Source: Tubiluchus corallicola
Lineage: Eukaryota > Animalia > Priapulida
Direction: 5' to 3'
DNA length: 64,000 nucleotides
NCBI GenBank assembly: GCA_030141605.1
Contig: JAQGDQ010000202.1
Location: 1 to 64,000 of the forward strand
Part shown: piece after piece, positions 24,794 through 34,230 of the stretch
Layout of the letters: each line of letters begins with the position of its first letter
How positions within the stretch are numbered: position 1 is the first letter of the stretch
Notes under the pieces: model-generated
Database searches by the model: none
Seen by the model: the letters and a program-made list of their open reading frames with translations, nothing else
What the model was told of the DNA's origin: nothing
Translations under genes and position numbers: made by a program

Positions 24794-25627
24794 CTAGCAA
24801 AGGCCCCGCAAAAGATTTTGCATAAAAAACCACGTATAATCAATAACACGCGAACATCCTACACAGTCCTCATGTATAACGCAAAGCCCGTAACATCCTG
24901 CCTACTTACCTAACGCAAAACCTGTACTCGTGCCTACTGTATGTTTAACTAACCCAAAGCAGCTTTTACTGAATTAAAGCTATAAGCAGAGTAGAGTACA
25001 ATGCATGACGTCACAACAATGCCTTTGCGTCAGCAATTTTCTAAGCGAAAATTGCCGAAAATAGAACTCCTAATTAACTCGTCGATACTGCTCTCGGTGG
25101 ACCTGCCCTAACATATAGCCCACATCATCGTGTAGCCCCGTTCTTCCTCTTTCTAAAGAGCCCCATATCTCCTTCCTAGAGTCCCACCGGGCGACGCTAG
25201 AACGTTTTTCCCGCAGGCTGTTTGGTCCAAATTTCGAAAAAATCGCTAGCTGGGTCCGGGAAAACGCCCGTTGCGGGACGCCGTGGCCCTCTCGCGAATT
25301 CTAAATAGGCCTATGACACCCACCGCTGAACGGGCTATCTATCCATACCCAGCATCACCCTCGACCCGTTCCCGTTCTCTACATCTCAGCCGTATAACTT
25401 TTGCAAAAAACGGCCGAAAAATGGCCATTTTTGGAGGTTTTTCGCCCGCCGTTCCTCCCGGTGGGCCCGATTCGAAAAATAAACCCCCAATGAGACGACA
25501 CTAGATCGAGACCTTTCGTTTGATATATAGATCGCCGCAAATGGTGCCCTCGTCGAAGCTGTAGCCTCGAATCTTATATATATATATATATATATATATA
25601 CCAAGAATATTAATATAAGAGTATAGA
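24794..25627 (-). mobile_element. complete non-autonomous Helitron, family A (834 bp)
   Basis: The minus strand runs 5'-TCTATACTC...GCAAAATCTTTTGC hairpin...CTAG-3', inserted between A and T with no TSD. The empty site AAAGA|TTTAGAAAC is at 20093/20094 in duplication copy 1. Confidence 0.96.
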
Positions 25628-26507
25628 TTTAGAAACTATGGCAGACGTTTGCAACGACGAGGAGTTGTCGCCTCCCGGACACCAATTTTCAATGTGAAAT
25701 TGAGACAAAATGGGAATTCGTTTGAATTTCTTCTAATAGATGGCGCTGACGCAAATTTCACGCGCGCGCCGTAGATTCGCCACACCGCCACATTTGAAAT
25801 GCGTTTGTGACAAATTATTTACACTTTGTGTGAAATTTTTACCATTCTTTCGAGAGAGAAACATGAGAACTTGACAGCAAACGGTAAGCAAATTTATTTC
25901 CGACACGCAATAGCCGCGAACAGTATGAGCGCTTCGGTACAGTAGCCCAATAATATTTTTTATCATTAAAGTTTGTCGCCGAGTTAAATTATTCTGACTG
26001 TTAATACGTTAACAAAACGGCTCAGTTAGCACTCGAGGGTCGTTCAGCAGTGTGTTATAATAGTGAAAAAGTGAAATAATAGAGCAAAAACAATGCAAAC
26101 ATTGAAGTCATGTTGAGCTAGCCTAGTAGTACCAGAGAGTCAGTTTGGGAGATAGAAATTGATGAGCCACTAACATAACTCGTGTGCACTTGTGTGAAGG
26201 TGTTGTAATTATGTATACTAAATACTATATTTTTTATAGCACGTACTGTGCGTGTTGTGCTAGATGACATAGCACAACGTGGTCAACTACAACATGTACC
26301 ACCCCTGGTTGAGCCAGTTGTCGTGAGTAAGCCAAGCACGAGTCAGCTAAGGCCAGCTGGTCCTCAGGTTAGTTCTATTTTTTTTGTAATCTTGCTAATT
26401 TTTAGAAACTGTAATTTTTAGAAACTGCACTTTAGAAACTGACTATAGTATGACTATGTTGAATATAGTGTTTATATAATTTTAACACTGGTTTTATTTC
26501 TCTATAG

Positions 26508-27140
26508 AGTCTCTTGCCTTCAGCTTTGAAAGAAGCCATACCAAAGAGGGAACAGGCCTGGATCTCTAAAGCTGTTTTCATCATTGGACCTGGTGGTAAA
26601 TGGCAGTTGAAGCCGAACATCCAGATGTGGGTTCATCCACCACAACCTCTAATGATTCATAATCAGCCACCAGCATCCACGGCTCTGTTTTTTGCAAGAC
26701 CATTATTTCTTTGGTTACCATTTCGTTTCTGGAAGGTGAGACTGCAGTGTGTAAAACCTGACTGCGTAGGACAAATGGCTCTTTGTGGATACTAAAAGAC
26801 AGTTCGCCAAGTAGTCGATGTGGATGGCACGTTTCTTCTGGCTACTGACTATCTGGAATGTAGAGTGTGCCATACCAAAGTTGCAGCATGGTGCCCAGGA
26901 ATACTACAGCAAATCGCTGTAGGCCATCGTCCGCAGTTTCCTGCACTACTAACATATCTGTTGCCACGTGTGCAGAAGGTGCTGGATTGACGGAGATGGC
27001 TGCTGGACTGATGAGATGTCACAGCGAGGCGAACCAAGATCCGCCACATCTGATGTACGTAGACAGGGATTGCTGTTCATCGACAGGAACAAGGAGTAAG
27101 ACACATGCCGTGTCTCACTTGTGGAAGAACCTGATTGTTT
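26508..27140 (+). pseudogene. decayed Dada-like (DUF6729-type) DDE transposase fragment
   Basis: The translation FFARPLFLWLPFRFWKVRLQC...GY*KTVRQVVDVDGTFLLATDYLECRVC...ILQQIAVGHRPQFPALLT then EGAGLTEMAAGLMRC...PPHLMYVDRDCC matches motifs I recall from metazoan DUF6729/Dada proteins. It has an in-frame stop, a large internal deletion, and breaks off before the DxxH motif. Confidence 0.7.
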
Positions 27141-27386
27141 TTTTGTATTTGTATTGTATTGTTTTATATTTTGTATTATTTTTTGCTGTGCACAGTTTTT
27201 TGCGGTTTTTTTAATATTTTTTTCTGCCCCCACCAAACCAACTACCAAACACTACTAACTATAGCTCATTTTCATTCCCTTCCCATCAATGCAGTTTTTA
27301 TTTTTTTTCTGCCATGCTGTGAACTGTATAACTTGTATATCTGTATTTTTTTCTGCACTGTATTCTTTAAATTATATGCTTAGTGC

Positions 27387-28490
27387 AGTTTTTTGCTTAA
27401 ACATGTAAATCTGTATTTTTTCTGCACCGTATTTTGACTGTAATGTTTCTGTAATTTGTGGTTTTCATTTATATTGTGATTGTGGTTTCATTCTAACCAG
27501 AAGTACAGTTTTTTGCTTAAACATGTAAATCTGTATTTTTTCTGCACCGTATTTTGACTGTAATGTTTCTGTAATTTGTGGTTTTCATTTATATTGTGAT
27601 TGTGGTTTCATTCTAACCAGAAGTAGTTTTTTGTATAAACATGTAAATCTGTATTTTTTCTGCACCGTATTTTGACTGTAATGTTTCTGTAATTTGTGGT
27701 TTTCATTTATATTGTGATTGTGGTTTCATTCTAACCAGAAGTACAGTTTTTTGCTTAAACATGTAAATCTGTATTTTTTCTGCACCGTATTTTGACTGTA
27801 ATGTTTCTGTAATTTGTGGTTTTCATTTATATTGTGATTGTGGTTTCATTTTAACCAGAAGTGCAGTTTTTTTGCTTAAACATGTATATCTGTATTTTTT
27901 CTGCACTGTATTTTGACTGTAATGTTTCTGTAATTTGTGGTTTTCATTTATATTGTGATTGTGGTTTCATTCTAACCAGAAGTACAGTTTTTTTGCTTAA
28001 ACATGTAAATCTGTATTTTTTCTGCACCGTATTTTGACTGTAATGTTTCTGTAATTTGTGGTTTTCATTTATATTGTGATTGTGGTTTCATTCTAACCAG
28101 AAGTAGTTTTTTGCTTAAACATGTAAATCTGTATTTTTTCTGCACCGTATTTTGACTGTAATGTTTCTGTAATTTGTGGTTTTCATTTATATTGTGATTG
28201 TGGTTTCATTCTAACCAGAAGTACAGTTTTTTTGCTTAAACATGTAAATCTGTATTTTTTCTGCACTGTATTTTGACTCTGTAATGTTTCTGTAATTTGT
28301 GGTTTTCATTTATATTGTGATTGTGGTTTCATTCTAACCAGAAGTACAGTTTTTTTGCTTAAACATGTAAATCTGTATTTTTTCTGCACTGTATTTTGAC
28401 TGTATAATGTTTCTGTAATTTGTGGTTTTCATTTATATTGTGATTGTGGTTTCATTCTAACCAGAAGTACAGTTTTTTGCTTAAACATGT
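27387..28490. repeat. ~120-bp tandem minisatellite, about 9 copies
   Basis: TCTGCACCGTATTTTGACTGTAATG... recurs at 27421, 27541 and onward with a 118-123 bp period. Confidence 0.97.
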
Positions 28491-29130
28491 AGTATAAATG
28501 TAGTTTTTAAAACTGTCTATCTTGTTCTATCAGATAATAAAATAGAATAGTAAAATAAAATAACAATAAAATGGAAAATAAAATAAAATCAGTAGTATAG
28601 TTATAAAAATGTTTAAAACCTTAAAAATAAAACCTTATAACCTTATAATGTTGTTTTCTTGTCTATGTTAGAATTGATTTTGCTGAATAAATAAATTATA
28701 CACAGTATATAAAGTGCCAAATAGCACCAGAAACTTGTGAAAAGTAGTTTATGCACGTTCAATTATGCATTCAAAAAAATTACAGACATTAACTGAATTA
28801 AAACATTACATTCTGATTATGTTGAATGAGTTGCAAGGCACAAACTGTTAAAAATGAATTACAAGGTGAATTAGTGTGAGAATTACCACATAAACAGGTA
28901 TTCAATGCATCTACTAAACGTACGAAAAGCTATACTATTGCTTATGCTCAATAAATTATCTTGGTCTGCTGACACGCCCGTGCTGTAACGAGGGGCCCCG
29001 GGTTCACACACCGCTGCGGCGAAACTTTTTCACCTCGCACAAAAGTAGCGCGATTTTTTTATCAACGTGTGTACGGGACGAAGGAAGGTCCGAGCATGAA
29101 GTTCCACCGATTTCGGCTCGAATCCGCGCG

Positions 29131-29230
29131 AAAAAAGTGACCTCGGCGGGACGCGAACCCGCAACCCTTTGCGTGCGACAGAGAAGATTGGGCGGGTGCC
29201 TTGTCGCTACTTGGCGTTCAGTCTTCTCTG
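29131..29230 (-). other. tRNA-like 3' half fused to CAGAGAAGA/TCTTCTCTG inverted motifs (putative Dada terminus or junction)
   Basis: The minus strand reads TAGCGACAAGG (A-box-like)...TCTTCTCTG-TCGCACGCAAAGGGTT-GCGGG-TTCGCGT-CCCGC-CGAGGTCA-C-TTTTTT, i.e. a T-arm with B box, an acceptor strand and a Pol III terminator. CAGAGAAGA is at 29179 and TCTTCTCTG at 29222. Confidence 0.55.
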
Positions 29231-30008
29231 ACACTATTGGAAAGCTAAACATGCAACAAGCTACAAGCGTACTTAGCTACAGTCATATTACCATTGCAGA
29301 CAAAGCTTTCTATTAGGCTGGTACACTATGCAAGAACACTGGACTAGAGAACACGGCTTTTATCTTTTTAAACAAATATATCTGGATTTCGTGGTGGCTG
29401 TTGAAGAAACTTCACTAGATGCGCTTGATCACACGGATTTCCAACAAATAGACATTCCGTATGAGATTCAATTACCTGAAAAGCGTGTGAAACGCGACAC
29501 GAAGGAGTGGGGTTTAGCTGTATCAATGAACCGGAAAGTAGAACAGAATTCGCCACAAGATGAAAGGTACAGATTCGTAGACCATTGGTCGCTGTCGTTA
29601 CGGGTGCTCATTGCAGATACTGACAGACAAAGCAGCAAACAAGGATGACTGGAACAAATTTCTCGTTCAGAGGTTTTAAAATGAGTCATTGTTTCTTTTT
29701 AGCTTCTTATTGTAGGATTGTTCTCATTCTTGATCATTACAAAAACTTTTTGTAATTGTGTGTATGATTTTGACGTGCGGAAGACTTATTACAGTACAGC
29801 TCCCACTACTCTTTCATATTAATATTGCACTTATTAAAAAGTCTTCAGCTTTCTGTCCAAAGCAGGGCACAACGAAATTAATAACAAGGTGACGGGCACG
29901 TGTACATAGCATAATATATATATATATATATATATACAGCTAGACACACACTTCAGGAGACTAGCTAGCATGTGTGTTGAAAAGTTACAGATTTGAAATT
30001 ACCACCCT

Positions 30009-30774
30009 TCTTTATATATATAAGATTCGAGGCTACAGCCCGAACGAGGGCACCATTTGCGGCGATCTATATATCAAACGAAAGGTCTCGATCTAGTGTC
30101 GTCTCATTGGGGGTTCATTTTTCGAATCGGGCCCACCGGGAGGAACGGGGGGCGAAAAACCTCCAAAAATGGCCCTTTTTCGGCCGTTTTTTGCAAAAGT
30201 TATACAGCTGAGATGTAGAGAACGGGAACGGGCCGAGGGGGGTGCTGGGTGTGGATAGATAGCCCGTTCAGCGATGGGTGTCATAGGCCTATTTAGAATT
30301 CGCGAGAGGGCCACGGGGTCCCGCAACGGGCGTTTTCCCGGACCCAACTCGCGATTTTTTCGAAATTTTGACCAAACAGCCTTCGGAAAAAACGTTCTAG
30401 CGGCGCCTGGTGGGACTCTCGGAAGGAGATATATTGCTCATCAGAAAGAGCAAGAACGGGGCTACACGATGATGTGGGCTATATTTTAGGGCAGGTCCAC
30501 TGAGAGGAGTACCGACGAGTTAATTAGGAGTTCTATTTTCGGCAATTTTCGCTTAGAAAACTGCTGACGCGAAGGCATTGTAGTGACGTCATCCATTGTA
30601 CTTTGTCTATAAGCTTATAGCTTTAATTCAGTAAAAGCTGCTTTGCGTTAGATAAACAAACAGTAAGCATGATGTTACGGGCTTTGTGTTATACATGAGG
30701 ACTAGGTAGGATGTTTGCGTATTATTGATTATACGTGGTTTTTTACGCAAAATCTTTTGCGAGGCCTTTGCTAT
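30009..30774 (+). mobile_element. non-autonomous Helitron family A with a mutated 3' end
   Basis: TCTTTATATATATAAGATTCGAGG...GCAAAATCTTTTGCGAGGCCTTTG-CTAT, with CTAT where the family has CTAG. Confidence 0.9.
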
Positions 30775-30924
30775 TTATTATATTATAGCACATAGTTTCA
30801 ACTTTGTGAAAAATGTTTGGAATGGTTTTGTTGTAATGCTGTGCTGTTGGTGCTTGTGCTATAGGTGTCGTCATTGTTGCCACCATGATCATCATCATCA
30901 TCAACATCATGATCACCACGTGAG

Positions 30925-31760
30925 GTGGTGGATTTGATGTGGTGTGGTGGTGGTGTGCTTTGTGTGTTGTGCTATGGATGGTGTGGTGGGGTGATAGGGT
31001 GTGCGGGGTGTGGTGTGGGTAGTGTGGTATGGAGTGGGTGGCGTGGTGTGTGGGTGTTGTGGTGCAGTGTGGTGTTATGGTGTGGTGTGATGTGGTGGAG
31101 CATTATGGTGTGGGTGGTGTGGTGTGGTGCAGTGGTATGGTGTGGTGTGATGTGGTAGAATCGTATGGTGTGGGTGGTGTGGTGTGTGTGTGGGTGGTGC
31201 GGTGTGCTGCAGTGGTATGGTGTGATGTGGTGGAGTGGTATGGTGTGGTGTTATGGTGTGGGTGGTGTGGTGTGTGGGTGGTGGAGTGGTATTGTGTGGT
31301 GCAGTCTGGTGGAGTGGTATGGTGTGGTGTGGTGTGTGGGTGGTGCAGTGTGGTGGAGTCGTATGGTGTGGTGTGCTGCAGTGGTATGGTGTGGTGTGAT
31401 GTGGAGGAGTGGTGTTATGGTGTGGTGTGGTGCTGTGCGGTGTGATGTGGTGGAGTATTATGGTGTGGGTGGTGTGGTGTGTGGGTGGTGCAGTGGTATT
31501 GTGTGGTGCAGTCTGGTGGAGTGGTATGGTGTGGTGTGGTGCAGTGTGGTGTGATGTGGTGGAGTATTATGGTGTGGTGTGGTGCAGTGTGGTGTGATGT
31601 GGTGGAGTGGTATGGTGTGGGTGGTGTGGTGTGTAGGTGGTATGGTGTGGTGCGGTGTGGTGGTATTGTGTGGTGCAGTGTGGTGCGATGAGGTGGAGTG
31701 GTATGGTGTGGTGCAGTGTGGTGTGATGAGGTGGAGTGGTGTGGTGTGGGTTGTGTGTTG
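30925..31760. repeat. GTGTG/GTG-rich low-complexity tract ending in a Helitron-type 3' terminus
   Basis: Degenerate (TGGTG)n repeats followed by a CACAAAA-TTCT-TTTTGTG hairpin and CTAG at 31794-31797. Confidence 0.85.
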
Positions 31761-31797
31761 ATTTGTGCACAAAATTCTTTTTGTGGGGTTTGGCTAG

Positions 31798-32620
31798 TCT
31801 CTTATATTAATATTCTTGGTATCTTAATATATATATATATATAAGATTCGAGGCTACAGCCCGGACGAGGGCACCATTTGCGGCGATCTATACATCAAAC
31901 GAAAGGTCTCGATATAGTGTCGTGCCATTGATGGTTTATTTTTCGAATTGGGCCCACCGGGAGGAACGGGGGGGCGAAAAACCCCCCAAAATGGCCCTTT
32001 TTCGGGCGTTTTTTGCAAAAAATTGCAAAAGTTATACGGCTGAGATGTAGAGAACGGGAACGGGCCGAGGGGGGTGCTGGGTATGGATAGATAGCCCGTT
32101 CAGCGGTGGGTGTAGTAGGCATATTTAGAATTCCCGAGAGGGCCACGGCGTCCCGCAACGGGCGTTTTCCCGGACCCAACTCGCGATTTTTTCGAAATTT
32201 TGACCAAACAGCCTGCGGGAAAAACGTTCTAGCGGCGCCCGGTGGGACTCTCGGGAGGAGATTTATAGCTCTTTACAAAGAGGAAGGACAGGGCTACACG
32301 ATGATGTGGGTTATATTTTAGGGCAGGTCCACCGAGAGGAGTACCGACGAGTTAATTAGCTGTTCTATTTTCGGCGATTTTTGCTTAGAAAACTGTTGTG
32401 ACGAATTCCATTGTGCTGACGTCATCCATTGTACTCTGCTGTAATCTTATAACTTTAATTCAGCAAAAAGCTGCCTGCTACGGGTTTGCGTTAGATAAAC
32501 AGACATACAGTAGACAGGATGTTACGGGCTTTGTGTTGTAAATGAGGACTGTGTAGGATGTTCGCGTGTTATTGATTATACGTGGTTTTTTACGCAAAAT
32601 CTTTTGCGGGGCTTTGCTAG
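31798..32620 (+). mobile_element. non-autonomous Helitron family A, tandem unit 1
   Basis: TCTCTTATATTAATATTCTTGG...hairpin...CTAG; directly joined to its neighbours by CTAG|TC. Confidence 0.95.
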
Positions 32621-33455
32621 TCTCTTATATTAATATTCTTGGTATCTTAATATATATATAAGATTCGAGGCTACAGCTTCGACGAGGGCACCATTTGCGG
32701 CGATCTATATATCAAACGAAAGGTCTCGATCTAGTGTGGTGCCATTGATGGTTTATTTTTCGAATCGGGCCCACCGGGAGGAACGGGGGGGCGAAAAACT
32801 TCCCAAAATGGCCGTTTTTCGGCCGTTTTTTGCAAAAAATTGCAAAAGTTATACGGCTGAGATGTAGAGAACGGGAACGGGCCGAGGGGGGTGCTGGGTA
32901 TGGATAGATAGCGCGTTCAGCGGTAGGTGTAGTAGGCATATTTAGAATTCCCGAGAGGGCCACAGCGTCCCGCAACGGGCGTTTTCCTGGACCCAACTCG
33001 CGATTTTTTCGAAATTTTGACCAAACAGCCTGCGGGAAAAACGTTCTAGCGGCGCCCAGTGGGACTCTCGGGAGGAGATTTATAGCTCTTTACAAAGAGG
33101 AAGGACAGGGCTACACGATGATGTGGGTTATATTTTAGGGCAGGTCCACCGAGAGGAGTACCGACGAGTTAATTAGCTGTTCTATTTTCGGCGATTTTCG
33201 CTTAGAAAACTGTTGTGACGAATTCCATTGTGCTGACGTCATCCATTGTACTCTGCTGGCTTAATTCAGCAAAAAGCTGCTTTGCGTTAGTTAAGCATAC
33301 AGTAGGCACGAGTAAACGCTGCTACAGCCTACTGCGTTAGGTAAGTAGGCAGGATGTTACGGGCTTTGTGTTATAAATGAGGACTTGGTAGGACGTTTGC
33401 GTATTATTAATTACACGTGTATTTATACGCAAAATCTTTTGCGGGGATTTGCTAG
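32621..33455 (+). mobile_element. non-autonomous Helitron family A, tandem unit 2
   Basis: Same termini as unit 1; the final CTAG is followed by host T at 33456. Confidence 0.95.
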
Positions 33456-34230
33456 TATACAATTAATTTTTTGTAAGAAACATCTTGAGACAATTATTTT
33501 ATTTAACATTTCACTTAATTTTGGCAAAGTATGGGTTGAAAGGCAATCCAACAAACAATAATTAACAGTATAGCTAAATATACTTTCAATTTTTTCATCA
33601 GTAATACTATCCACATTCTATTGTAACTATGATAAACTTTTATAAATGACGATACAGTAGCGCAGACTAACACAACAATATTATATGTAATTATCATAAC
33701 ATTTACAAGCAAGAAATAAAAAAGAATTTAGCTGGTGTACTAAAATAAATTACAAATGTACAAAATCATTCCTCCAGTATATAGTTATAGTACACATAAA
33801 CAGCTAATCACCTTGAAAAATGGATGGTTACGTGGCAATGACGCACAATTACAAATAAATAACCTTTAGTAGTTTAGTATGTCACAAACAGGAGCTGTTT
33901 ACTAGTGCTGTGTTAATAGTAATTTAATAATTAGCTTTCAAACAGCAGCAACAGCTACAAACTGCCAGAAATTATGATCTAATACGCATTCTCATTTTAG
34001 TTCTAATATTGACATTTCCAGAGCTCATACCATATTTCCATAGCAGATGACATATCGCTTATTTTTCAGCAGTCAATTTGCGAGTAAACTCCTCTCACTT
34101 CAGAAGATACATTCAATAACACAGTTCAGTTTGTCCTTACATAAGCTTGTCAACAAATTATGCTAGCTGCTTCTTTCAAGGAAAAATAAGGGTTATCATT
34201 CACTAATTTAAAAACAAATAATAGCTGAAG

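Larger units (their letters stand above)
21311..26154 (+). repeat. tandem segmental duplication, copy 2
   Basis: Homologous to 16755-20767. It carries a hAT MITE and a Helitron insertion, and a local re-duplication of the acceptor/terminal-exon segment (21361-21460 and 21670-21800). Confidence 0.93.

Noticed and set aside
29131-29210. Functional tRNA-Ala gene
   Set aside because: The T-arm is good, but the D-arm, anticodon stem and acceptor 5' strand do not pair; kept only as a tRNA-like motif.
30925-31772. Cys/Trp/Val-rich or His/Thr/Pro-rich proteins
   Set aside because: Several overlapping frames are open because the GTGTG repeat lacks stop codons; no gene structure.
25271-32996. Recurrent ORFs MGPGKRPLRDAVAL... 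/ MGVIGVFRIRE...
   Set aside because: They recur only because they lie within copies of Helitron family A; they use non-ATG starts and have no Rep/helicase motifs.
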